From Histomonas meleagridis 2922-C6/04-290x (lineage: Eukaryota > Protista > Parabasalia), in assembly GCA_020184695.1 (NCBI GenBank), contig JAANOX010000034.1, positions 372,001-436,000 on the forward strand: a stretch of 64,000 nucleotides of DNA, given 5' to 3'. Each line of letters begins with the position of its first letter. Within the stretch, counting starts at the first letter, position 1. This document shows positions 1 through 11,300 of the stretch, one piece after another. The translations under genes and the position numbers were made by a program. The notes under the pieces were generated by a model. That model searched no databases and was not told the DNA's origin. It worked only from the letters and a program-made list of their open reading frames with translations.

Positions 1-1036
1 CTTCAAAATCAGCAGGAAGACATGAAATTGAACCACTGACCCATCTCATAGGCCTAAGAAGAAAATGAAGCGCAAGAACAATCCAACAAATAACATCAAT
101 TTCATTAGAATATACTATTATTGTCCTCTCAAGAAATAAGTTGAAGAATAATGAGATGAAATGTTTTGGATTAACAATCTTAGCTAAAAGATATTTCACA
201 GAGTTTTCAGCAATGGACGTAAAACTACCAAGAACACCGTCTTTCTCATCAGGACGCTTCCAATGGAATTCAGGCACATTAACAACAGGATGTTGGATAT
301 CAATACACTCTCCTTGGTTTGGGAAAACAAGTCCTTGTAGTTTCTTAAGGACATCCAAAGAATATTTCCTTTGCGTTTCAGCCCATTTACATTGTGAGAA
401 ATCTGGTTTTGAATTATAATTAAATATTTCATAAATTTGTACTCTGGATAGAAGTTCAGTCCTCATGAACCATTCGAAAAATAGATCGAACATTTTGTAA
501 TATGGTATTTTGGTTTTGAATGCAATACAAATTTTGGTCTTAAGAATTTTGTGGCTTTCAATTGTATTATAAAGTTCGCTAAAAGACTTATTATGCGCAA
601 AGGTGGGGAATGTTAAGGGAGTTACATCAAAATGAAAACAAAAAAGATATGGAGCTTCATAATTTTCAGGTAAATATAATGGAACAAATTCTTTCGAAAT
701 AATATCAGTATCATCAATTACATGCTTAGCAAGAAATTCATTGGATGAAAAGGAAATTTTTCTTGGGTGACATGATTGATTATAAGGAAAACATATTTTT
801 GCAAGAGTAGCTTCTTCGTCAAAAGGCTGAGCTGGATATCGGAATAAAATTTTTGGTGTGTGGTCTTTTTCCCATGGATAACACCCGATTACATAAATTG
901 CATTAAAAATTTTTGTAAAAACATCAGCATCAGGAAGTAATTCAACAGCATCATCAGAACGACTGAGTAATATTCCTGCTTTGATCCGCTCTTGGAACTT
1001 TCTTGTTAATGTGTCTTTTCGGGGTTTGTGCTTCAT
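1..1036 (-). CDS. DENN domain-containing protein (Rab GEF-like), runs off the window edge; absent from the ORF track
   Basis: Manual translation: ATG at 1036, stop-free to position 2; ends ...LFFNLFLERTIIVYSNEIDVICWIVLALHFLLRPMRWVSGSISCLPADFE, matching the cDENN pattern LLLERxIxxxS...LLxPxxW...LP. Confidence 0.8.
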   Translation of the reverse strand, partial: MKHKPRKDTLTRKFQERIKAGILLSRSDDAVELLPDADVFTKIFNAIYVIGCYPWEKDHTPKILFRYPAQPFDEEATLAKICFPYNQSCHPRKISFSSNEFLAKHVIDDTDIISKEFVPLYLPENYEAPYLFCFHFDVTPLTFPTFAHNKSFSELYNTIESHKILKTKICIAFKTKIPYYKMFDLFFEWFMRTELLSRVQIYEIFNYNSKPDFSQCKWAETQRKYSLDVLKKLQGLVFPNQGECIDIQHPVVNVPEFHWKRPDEKDGVLGSFTSIAENSVKYLLAKIVNPKHFISLFFNLFLERTIIVYSNEIDVICWIVLALHFLLRPMRWVSGSISCLPADFE

Positions 1037-1454
1037 CACTGTTTACAAAACCGTAGAAATCCAACAAATTAAAATTGAACGGTTTATGTTATTACTTTTT
1101 CAAATGTTATTAACGTTCACGTTTAGGTTCAATTGGCTGGTACTAAAAGAGAAAATGAAAAACTCAATTTTATATTAAGAAGACATGATGTATTAATTTA
1201 GTCAAGTGCAATAAATACATTTATGGATCAAATCAAAAATATTGTACAATAGAGAATTTTTCAATAATTAACCATTATTATATTTTTTTTATAAAAACCC
1301 GAGTGGAACAATCACACCGCAATGTATTTTTTAAAAAGATTTTTTATTCAAGAAAAAACATAAAATCCAAATTGTTAAATCAATTTTTAATTACAACCAC
1401 TTAATTAAAAAATTATGGGAACCAGTACTGGTTACCTCAACAATAAATAATTGC

Positions 1455-2096
1455 TTAGTCAACAAATACAAGTTTATGTTTTGGCTTTTGGTCGAAGATC
1501 CATTTTCTCGGAGGATCATCAAAACACACATTATGCCGCATGCTCTTCCTGTAGAGTGCATCAGTATCAACTGTTAGATATGGTTGCTCTGCAATATGAG
1601 GTATGTTATTGATAAACGTAATTGTTTGAGGAGCTTTTAAGTCATTAACAACATCTGAAAAACTTAAGATTGGGTCATTTTCAGGAGGTTGACGTAGTGT
1701 CCAGAGTTTCAAGTCAATATTTGGATCAAAAGAATGTATAATTGCTCTCTTATCATTTACATCCCATTGAATACATTTTGCCCATGCCTTAAAAAGAAAT
1801 GATATTGTATTATTTTTAATGTTGAAGATTTGTGATAAGAAAGTGAGATTCAAAGCAATACATTGCCTATAAAAAATAATACCACAGTCATAAAGGAGTT
1901 GTGCTTTATTTGTCCCTTTTTCGACAACAATTTCAACAATGTGATAAATATAATTATATAATAGTTGTGCTGCTTTGTCTTTGTTTTCAAGAGAAACCTT
2001 GTCTTGAAAACTACTTCTTATGGCAGCTAGAATTTGTTCGTCGGTTGCACCTTCTTCGATTGTGATTTTGTCAATTTCTTCTAAGTTCAGATCCAT
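1455..2096 (-). CDS. Hypothetical protein, 213 aa
   Basis: ATG-initiated ORF with globular composition, divergent from the SPC25 gene across 77 bp; no family recognised. Confidence 0.7.
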   Translation of the reverse strand: MDLNLEEIDKITIEEGATDEQILAAIRSSFQDKVSLENKDKAAQLLYNYIYHIVEIVVEKGTNKAQLLYDCGIIFYRQCIALNLTFLSQIFNIKNNTISFLFKAWAKCIQWDVNDKRAIIHSFDPNIDLKLWTLRQPPENDPILSFSDVVNDLKAPQTITFINNIPHIAEQPYLTVDTDALYRKSMRHNVCFDDPPRKWIFDQKPKHKLVFVD

Positions 2097-2173
2097 CCAA
2101 CTTATTGTTAACGGTCTTTGAGGTGTCCCATTTCATTCACATAACATTTCATAGGACCAAATAATCTCAACGA

Positions 2174-2716
2174 ATGGTTCTCACAAGATATAACACAACT
2201 AGTTCATACACACTCCGTAGCACAATGGACGAAATCCTTATCAAACAATTTGCAGCCGTAAAGATATATCGAAGTCGTTTACTTACTATTCTTATCGGAT
2301 TGCTCAAGATCATTAATGCAGTTGCTTTATTACTCCTTTATGCATGGCATGTTGATTGGGAACGCAAACTTCCAATTTGTATCTTTTTCGTTATCCTTTC
2401 TTGTGGAGTTTATGCATTTGAGTTCCTTTTATCAACAGTCTGGTGGCCAAATTTCATTGGACTTTTCTCTAAGGAAAATAGTAATCAAAAGTTTATTGTT
2501 TGTAGTGGTACTCCATTTTATTCTGGAAAATATCAAATCAAAATCTATCAAACACAATCTGGCTCATATTTCCAGCGATTACCAGAACCAGTTGTTGATC
2601 AAACCTTTGAGTTCACAGATTATTTCACTAAAAGCGGATATATGATTGAAAGCGAATGGAGACATAAATGTGATGAACTCATCAAGAAAGCCCAAATACA
2701 TTCACATGCAAACTAA
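2174..2716 (+). CDS. SPCS2: Signal peptidase complex subunit 2 (SPC25)-like
   Basis: 180 aa; N-terminal LRSTMDE helix, two TM helices, C-terminal Y.GKY and TDYFTKSG.M motif typical of SPC25. Confidence 0.65.
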   Translation: MVLTRYNTTSSYTLRSTMDEILIKQFAAVKIYRSRLLTILIGLLKIINAVALLLLYAWHVDWERKLPICIFFVILSCGVYAFEFLLSTVWWPNFIGLFSKENSNQKFIVCSGTPFYSGKYQIKIYQTQSGSYFQRLPEPVVDQTFEFTDYFTKSGYMIESEWRHKCDELIKKAQIHSHAN

Positions 2717-3939
2717 TGCAAAATAAGTAAACACAACTTTTGGTTTTTATTAGAAGTTTTCGGCTGTCGACATGAGGAAAACATTAATAGGATAGAGATT
2801 ATCAGAACACTTCATCAATAATTTTCTAAGGTTACTATCTAAAATCATGTTTTTCGAATGTATATGAGTTTGTGTAAAATTCCATTGAATTGCACACATT
2901 CTGCAATTTTAGGTAAAAAATTATATATTACAAGTATTCCTGAAATACAATTGTACTTGAATTAATTTTTAAATATTTCAAAATGATCCAATATAAAAGA
3001 TAATAAATAATTTCCATATGAAATTTTATGTAAAAGCTATTCATAAAAAATTTGTATAAATATGATATTATAATTTTATAAATTTTTATAAGACTTATTT
3101 TATATTTCTTCAATTTTAAATGTCGAAATTAAAATTAAGATTATACAAAATTTAACAAAATCCAAAATATAATGAAGATGAATTTAAAAATTAATAAAGA
3201 TATAAAAGCAAAACGAATAATTTATAAAAGTTTGGATTTATTTGATTCATTTAATTCATATTTCTCATTCTTTTTTATCACATTTAATAATTCTTTGAAT
3301 CTCATTTATTCATTTGTAGTTAATGTCTTTCAATTAATTGTTGTTTGTGCCTCACTTAGTCATTGTATAGAACCTTTTTATTCTTATTATAAGAAAAATT
3401 ATAGAGCTAATATTATAATTTTTTCTTAATAATGAAACCCTTAATCTTTTAATTACAAAGTTATCGTTCTGAATAACCGTAATTATAACACAAAATTCCC
3501 TATCGTCTCTTATATCCTTTGATTTTGCAGATAAAATAGAGGAACATGAATAAATACCCCGACAACACGATCTGTAACAATTTAATTAGTGTTCCAAAAA
3601 AAATGTTTCAATTTTATTGTTAATTTTCTGGAACTGGATTTGTAATGGAACTATTCTTATTTTAAGTGCAATTTGTGAAATTCCATTAAACAAAGAAATA
3701 AATCTCAGGATGTATAATTTGCTTCAAGTTACAATTGATGGTGTATTATGCAAAAATTTCAAGAAAAATCCTTAGTGCATGCTTTCATTTGGAAATATTG
3801 AACTTTCAAAATGGCATGAGTTTAAAAAAACAATTGGAAATAGTGCATTTTCTTCAACAATCAATGCAGAAACCTAGGCGTTTTAAATAACAAATTAGAT
3901 ACATACTTACAAATATTTATTAAAAATACAAAAAAATAA

Positions 3940-6444
3940 TCATCCGCTAAATTTCATTACAGAATTTTCTTCTAATATTTCCAGCTTCGCAATGCTTTCT
4001 GCATATTCTTTAGCCTCATTCAATATTTTCTGTGCACGTTCTCTATCGGCATCTGTCAAAACGTATTTTTCTCCGCTTTCATTTTCTTTTGGGACGATCA
4101 ATTGCACTAATTGGCTTGTATTTAATGGTGCGATATCAACAGGTGAACATAACCCTAAGTCAACAAGTCTTCGTGCAATGTCTTTGGTCATAGATGGTAA
4201 TGTCATTAAATTTAATAATTCAGTGCGTGCAGCAAAATTTAAACGTTGACGAAATCTATTTAATGTTGTAGCTAAAAGACAAGCGCCTACAAGTTCACAA
4301 AATTTGGATATTTGGCCAGCAAATGACGAACATTGAGTTTGTAACGATTGGATTGTACCTCGTTCTACCCGGAATTTCCTTGTTAGCTCTGTCATTGGGC
4401 GTTCATTTATGAGCTCCTTAAGGAGAACAGATAAGTAGATTTTGTCCATGTTAAGATCAATTTTAGAATTAACACGTCCAAGACCTCCATAGATATTTGG
4501 AAAGTCTTGAATACGATCAATTTGATTGTTGTCCATTCCAGTTATAAGTTGAATAACATGTTTATGATGCGCTATTATATATTGCCACATCTTACTGTTA
4601 TATGGTTCTGGCTTAATGGTACCTATAACTTGCGTTGGAATGCAAAGATATAAAAGATGAACTTCATCAAGTAAACAAAGATCATATTGAACTTTTTGTA
4701 TTGTATTAAACAAAGAAATACCTTCATCAATATCAAGTGATGATCCAGCAATAGCTTTACCTAAAACAGTTGCATCTTTTTTATTCGGGTCAATAAGTTT
4801 TAAATTTATCATTCTCTGTATAGCATCACCAATAATTTCTTGATTTGGTTCATATTTAAACGTATTCTGCATAAACTTCTGAAATCCATCTTTTGGATTC
4901 AAAAGTTTTGTGGATAAACATTGAAGAAAAAACTTTTCAACATTTCCTGCTTCTCGAAGCCTTGGAACAATGTCTGGAATATTATGTTGTGAAAGAAGTA
5001 ATATATTTTCAATTTCAGAATCAAGCGTTGAATGTGCAAATATAAAAGCCTCTCCTGATCGATTTGATGTTCGACCAGCTCTACCAACCATTTGCGTATA
5101 TTGTGAAGGAGGAATTATAGCATTACCATTAGGAGTCCATCTATAAATATTTAAAATTAGAACTCTTGCAACTGAATGAATATTAATTCCAGCACTTAAT
5201 GTTGTTGTTGCAACTAATATTGAAAGCACTTTTTGTCGCGCAGCATTTTCTATAAGTTTTCTTTCTTCAAGTAAAAGGCCTGCATGATGAATCCCAATTC
5301 CATTAATAAGACATTTTTTAAGAGATTCTTCTAATACACCAGATGCTTGCGCAAGCTTTTGGACGAGTAAACGTCTTTCTTGTAGCACTTTTTCAGATGG
5401 ATGTGGCACTTTTGGAATATTGATGGAAGGGTCGAAAAGTTTAGATGAAATCATCATTGCTGTTTGAAGTGTTTCACTTCGAGTATTAACAAAAATAAGA
5501 ACTGTCGAGTCCGGTGAATGAGACAATAAACGCCTAATAGGGTCTAATATGTGTAGTGAATCTCCTGGAATGGTTGGTAATGTAGAGATTTTACCTTTGA
5601 GTTCTCCATTTGATATTGTATAAAGTCCACCATCATGTTTTATGAGATATTGCTTTACTGCAGATGGACGTGTATCTGAAACAAATGCAAATCCATTGAT
5701 CCATTTTGCAATTGTTTGGGCATCTCGAGTATTGATTGTAGCTGTGAGTCCTATAACACGTGGAGAATGTTCCATTAGCTTAAGTTTAAGAATAAGAGCT
5801 TCAATTACTGCACCTCTATGTTCATCACTCATCACATGAATTTCATCAATAATGACAAGTTTGATAGAATCTGAATACCTTCCAATTTGCGCAGCATTTA
5901 GGATTGTGTGAGCTTTTTCATATGTACAAACAGCTATGTTACCTCGGCGAAAATCCGATCCACCAATATTTTGATAAAAAGGACGAACACTAAAACCAGA
6001 AAACCTTCTTTTAAATTCATTATATTTTTCATTTGCAAGGGCAACAAAAGGAAGAGCATAAATTGCTTTTGCATGAGGATCTGCTTCTAATAATTGAGCA
6101 ATTGCAACATCAGATGCAACTGTTTTACCACCGGATGTTGGAACAGATATCATAGCAGACATTCCATTCATCCATTCTTGTCTTGAAAATAAATCAGTCT
6201 GCCATTGTCGAAATTTGGTAATTTTTGGAGGAGGAATACCATTTAAATAAGAATACTGAAGAAAATTTGGGATATTGAGGTCATCCATTGTAAGTTCTTC
6301 CTGTGATTTAAGTTTAATTTTTTGAGGACCAGTATCATTAATATTTGGGGGTGATGATTTATCTTTACCAAGAATTAGGGAGAAACCAATACTATCTTTT
6401 TCATTATAAATTGATGGATCGCTACTTAAATCATACTTTATCAT
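3940..6444 (-). CDS. HELQ: HELQ/Hel308/Pol-theta-helicase-like Ski2 family DNA helicase (no polymerase domain)
   Basis: PTSGGKT (Walker A), DEIH, GIGIHHAGL, ATTTLSAGIN, QMVGRAGR; C-terminal RGTIQSLQ helical region typical of HELQ/POLQ. Confidence 0.85.
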   Translation of the reverse strand: MIKYDLSSDPSIYNEKDSIGFSLILGKDKSSPPNINDTGPQKIKLKSQEELTMDDLNIPNFLQYSYLNGIPPPKITKFRQWQTDLFSRQEWMNGMSAMISVPTSGGKTVASDVAIAQLLEADPHAKAIYALPFVALANEKYNEFKRRFSGFSVRPFYQNIGGSDFRRGNIAVCTYEKAHTILNAAQIGRYSDSIKLVIIDEIHVMSDEHRGAVIEALILKLKLMEHSPRVIGLTATINTRDAQTIAKWINGFAFVSDTRPSAVKQYLIKHDGGLYTISNGELKGKISTLPTIPGDSLHILDPIRRLLSHSPDSTVLIFVNTRSETLQTAMMISSKLFDPSINIPKVPHPSEKVLQERRLLVQKLAQASGVLEESLKKCLINGIGIHHAGLLLEERKLIENAARQKVLSILVATTTLSAGINIHSVARVLILNIYRWTPNGNAIIPPSQYTQMVGRAGRTSNRSGEAFIFAHSTLDSEIENILLLSQHNIPDIVPRLREAGNVEKFFLQCLSTKLLNPKDGFQKFMQNTFKYEPNQEIIGDAIQRMINLKLIDPNKKDATVLGKAIAGSSLDIDEGISLFNTIQKVQYDLCLLDEVHLLYLCIPTQVIGTIKPEPYNSKMWQYIIAHHKHVIQLITGMDNNQIDRIQDFPNIYGGLGRVNSKIDLNMDKIYLSVLLKELINERPMTELTRKFRVERGTIQSLQTQCSSFAGQISKFCELVGACLLATTLNRFRQRLNFAARTELLNLMTLPSMTKDIARRLVDLGLCSPVDIAPLNTSQLVQLIVPKENESGEKYVLTDADRERAQKILNEAKEYAESIAKLEILEENSVMKFSG

Positions 6445-6525
6445 TAATTATAAACGTCCAGGTGACTTAATTTGATGTAAAGTAGCGAAAAATAGAAACC
6501 GTTTAAATATGCGCGCAGTCATAGA

Positions 6526-7098
6526 TTATTGCACAGCATTTTTATTGATATCTTCTTCTGCAAGTAAATAAATAATTTGAGAATTTTTATTTTTAGTTGC
6601 ACATGTTAGTGCTGTTTTCTGTATTTTAAATGATTACCTAATATTGTTATTTAATATTCTGAAAATAAAATAAACCACATTTTATCTTCTGCATTTTATC
6701 AATCCCTTTTTGCTCTAGAAGTAATATTGCTATATTTGTATGACCTCTATCACATGTATAAATTAATGCTGTTTTAATTTATTTTTATTAAAATCAAATA
6801 TTACTTTGAAACACTAAAAAACTGAAATAAGCGCGTAATATGTAAAATATATATCTTTAGCATTGATATCAATTCCTTCTTATTCAATAAGTAATTCAAC
6901 TATTTCTATATTACCTTGCCTAGATGCAAAAATAAGTGCTATTTTAAATAATTTAAATAATTTCCAAATATTATTTTGAAATGTCAAATTATTAAAATAA
7001 ATATTATCTTTTGCATTAATATCAATTCCTTCTTGTTCAAGAAGTAATTTAACTATTTCTGTGTGACCATTTTCAGATGCTTTCATAAATGCTGTTTC
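6526..7098 (-). pseudogene. Degenerate array of four ankyrin modules separated by AT-rich spacers
   Basis: Modules at 7098-7006, 6945-6853 (internal TAA), 6775-6684 (1-nt deletion), 6618-6526; consensus ETALIxASxxGHxEIVKLLLEQEGIDINAKD; spacers 60, 77 and 65 nt. Confidence 0.8.
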
Positions 7099-7495
7099 AA
7101 ATATTTTGAACAATTAGTGTATTGTTAATATGTGAATTTGCAAATTCAATGTCCTTTACCAAATAATTCGCCGTTATAGAGAGCAACAAATTGGTGAACT
7201 TCAAAATATGCATTCGCAAAGTCAATTTTATGATAGTCATCCGGGAATGAGTACATTCGAGAACCCATATGCTATACCACAAAACAACGTGAACCAAGGT
7301 AATCCTTATGTTCGAATGACTCCACCTTCGGGAAACACATTTTACTTTTAAACAGCACTTTACGTAAAAGCGCAATATTTTAAATATATTTAAGATATTG
7401 TTGAAAATGTTGAGTTAATTTGATAATTAAATTTTTCAAATCAATTTATCTCTTCAGGATGTAAAAAAATAGGTTGATAACAAACAAAATTTATT

Positions 7496-8080
7496 TTAGG
7501 CAAACAAAATAAAACAAGGACCCGTTTTGGTTAGACGAATTTGATCAGCACCACTTGATATAGGGCTCATATTTAACGCTTGCAGATCATTAGTTGGTTC
7601 AATTTGAGATAATATATCAAAAATCATTGATTCTCTTTCGAATCCAGGCTGAAGGCTTAGCCAATTAAAAAATGTTAATTGATTTCCAGGAGGCAAAGTA
7701 AGAGAGCTTACTCTATTATACACTCTAACCATATTGAACCGACTTCCTTCAAAATATCTTTTTACGTAATAATCTAATTTTCCGTATTTATGTGAAAAAA
7801 AAATAAAATCATCAAATGTCATTCCCATAACAATGTCCAAGCATGATCCGATGCCAATGACTTCTGATGGTAATATTCCTTTAAAATTATAATTTGAAAT
7901 AATTTTAAAATGGATTTTCCAATTTGGGCAATTTTTTTGCTCGCATTGATCCTCACAATATAGAAATGGATAGCAGTGTTTGATTTGAATGGATTCGATT
8001 AGATCGCCCATTCCCAGTTTTGGCAGAAGCTTCTGGATAAATAGTTCGGATTTCTGAACGGTTATTAAAGTAAATTCCAT
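7496..8080 (-). CDS. Hypothetical protein, 194 aa
   Basis: ATG ORF with coding-like composition and a Cys cluster (C-x5-C-x3-C-x4-C); no family recognised. Confidence 0.65.
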   Translation of the reverse strand: MEFTLITVQKSELFIQKLLPKLGMGDLIESIQIKHCYPFLYCEDQCEQKNCPNWKIHFKIISNYNFKGILPSEVIGIGSCLDIVMGMTFDDFIFFSHKYGKLDYYVKRYFEGSRFNMVRVYNRVSSLTLPPGNQLTFFNWLSLQPGFERESMIFDILSQIEPTNDLQALNMSPISSGADQIRLTKTGPCFILFA

Positions 8081-8328
8081 TTTCGGGGCACCCCAAGCGA
8101 TCAGAACCCAAAAACAATTTTCCTAAAATCATAAAAAATTATTTTAATTTATTTCAATTTCAAAAATGAAATCAGCATTAATCATGTTTTGAAGTATGTT
8201 TTATTAAAGAGAATTTTACGAATATAAATTTTTTAACAAATTTGTATCTTCGATCACTGCATTATCCTAATTTAGGAATTTATGCAATACATTTCACTAC
8301 AAAAGAAAAATTATTCGATAAATTTTTA

Positions 8329-11300
8329 TTATAAACCTGTTTTTCTTTCTATTTCATTCTGTATCATTTTCATCAGTTCGCTCAACATTTCGTCCACGCC
8401 ATCGAACTGGCCGACTACAATTGCGTTTGCCTCATTTTCACATTTCAAAACATTTTTCTCTTCGATTTCGTACACATTTATAGTCTCATTAGTATTTCCC
8501 CATTTCCCTGTGACCGCTTCGACCAACTCATTTTTAGAGAATTTCGAAGCGAACTCGAAGAATTTCTTAAACATATCTCTCACATTCTCAGATTTAACAT
8601 TAATATAATTAATCACATTGTCATCGATATCATTACAAACACAAATGTTCTCGCGAAATTGTAAAACATTCATTTCAAAACTATTTTCATTCACTCCGGA
8701 GACAGCACAAAAGATTTTTCGGAGATTTGATTTCGAATTTAAATAACATATTTTCTGACATAATCCAAAATCAAGTTCAATTTTTTGCGGATTACCAAAT
8801 ATTAATCCATAAATTGCAGCTTTTTCATGTTTCTTCATATTATTAATATTTTGTATTAAATCATCAAAATTATAATCATTATATTTAGGATACAAACTCC
8901 TAAATTGTATAAGCCGATCTTCAAAACTTAATAATTTATAGTTATTATTTAACAAATGAATATTACTGAAAATTGTTCTGTTTGAATTTTGCGATAACCG
9001 CCGAAGTAAACTATTGTAAAACAACAAAACTTTGTATTCAAAAATTGAGGAAAGCGGATTACTTTTGTATGTATCTATTGAAATTTGATCGGGCTCAAAA
9101 CTGCACAGTAATTCAATTGAGTACAACGGTTTCCATTCAAATACTTGCTTCTTAATTTGATTTGAAATTTTTTCTTCGTTAGCGATAAAAGTACGATAAG
9201 AAAATTGAGCTCTTTTAACGTCATAATTATTTGAATTTGGCTTTACGTATATTGAATACGGAGGAAGTATCACAAATGAATTCAATTTTATTTTACAAAT
9301 TAATTTGCAAAAAGTTGGATCGTTTGATATATCAAATTCATAATTTTCTGTAGTTGTTGTGTCATTAATCGACAAAAATATAAATTCATTTTCATTTTGA
9401 GGTGAATTTTGGAAGTTAACAATTTTTTGATTAATTGGAACAATATAAGAAACAAAAGAAGTTGCTTCAAGGTAATTAATAAGATAATTTTTTAATGGGA
9501 AATTATTTAATGAAGAATTCAAATAGAAATAAATTTCATCATTATCATAATTAATATTTTGATGATAAATATTGGGATAATTTTTAATAAACCATTCATT
9601 ATTTTGATCGTTTCCGTTATTAACGTTCTTCGGTAATAAACCGTTTATCAAATTTTTGAGTGAATTGAAATTTGAATTTTCGACAATTTTCTTAATAATT
9701 TCTAATTTTTCATAAAATATCTTTGAATCATTACATATATATAACAAGATAGTAATTGTTGATTTAATATTTTCCAAATATAATTCATTTGTTTTTATAT
9801 GATTTATTAAATGATTAATAAAATCGATAAAAACATTTTCATCATTTCGAATATATAATAAAATTTCTTTAATGAAATTATAAATTTGTAATTTCTTTGT
9901 GTTTATATCCTTTAAGTTAATTATTTCTTCATTTATATTTAATTTATTCATTAAACATAACAAATATTTACAAAAGTTATTTAAGTTCTCGACAAAAATT
10001 TTTGGATTCTTTGTATAATATGTTAAAATTTTCTCTTTAAAATAAGAAGAAAGTTGTAACTCTGTAATTTCGATATATTTATTTCGATATAATTTCGATA
10101 TAACATTTGGCATGAATTCAATTCCTTCTTTAATTAATTCGACATTTTTATATTTATTTAAATTATCGATTTCCAAAATTTCATTAATTTTAATATTATA
10201 ATTTCCAAATGTTTTGGAAGTAATTTCTAAATAGAAATATATCATTTCACATTCGGAATTAATTTTTATTATGTTTTCATTATTTATATTTATAACTTTT
10301 AGTTTAGAATTAATGTTTAAGATAAATTCATTTGATATTTCAAATTTAATCGATTTATAACAACAATTTTTAGTTAATTGATTAACAATTAAATATAATT
10401 TCCCACATTGTAATTTAATGTTTAATAATAAATCATTATAAGGATGAATTGGAGTTGAATATGTTTCAATGTTTTCCATAAATGATATTATTTCTCCATT
10501 GATATCATTCGTTTTAATACTTCCATTTGAATTTGGTACTTTATAATTAAATGAAAATGTTGGAATTTTGATAAATGATATTAAATATGAATTAGTGAAA
10601 CGTTTTAATATATTAAAAAACTCAAAATTAGTATAATATAATTCATTAATATTAATAATATTTGAATTATTATTTATAAAATTCGTTCGAAATGTTTCAT
10701 CTTTAATAAATTCATATAAACTTGAATATTTAAATGATGAATTATTTGAGTTATTAAATATATTATAAATTTCAGTATAATATTTCTTTAAATATTTCGC
10801 TTCGAATTTGTTCTTTTGGATAATTTTAATGTTAGAAATGTTTTGTATATTAAATGTTTCTTTATTATTATATAATTTAAATTGCGTTGAAGTAATTTCT
10901 TTGATTTTACCTTTAACATTAAATCCATTATATAAAAATTTAATGTTTATAAATGGACGGAATACATCAATATGATTATTAGTTATAGCATAAAATGTCA
11001 TAATGAATTCATTTGTTGGATTATTTAATAACTTTTCGAAATATTCCAAAAATTTCAAATTTTGTTCAATGATTTTATTCTTAAGGAAATTAATTAATAA
11101 AAATATACATTGATAATGTATAATATTATTATCTTTTTGTAAGAAATAATTTGTTTTTCGATTTAAATAATTTCCGATTAAATTAATTATAAATGTATAA
11201 ATTTCTTCATTAAATTCTTCTAAATTTAATACTTTTAATAAATAATATATAACATTATAATCACCAGTTCTAATACAAGAAATATAAAAATTATTTTCAA

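Noticed and set aside
2740-3900. Coding-like patches on the - strand, with similar patches near 18000-18170, 27230-27860, 31180-31350 and 47677-47868
   Set aside because: Stop-riddled or short, with no recognisable family; probably decayed genes or TEs, but not supportable as features.
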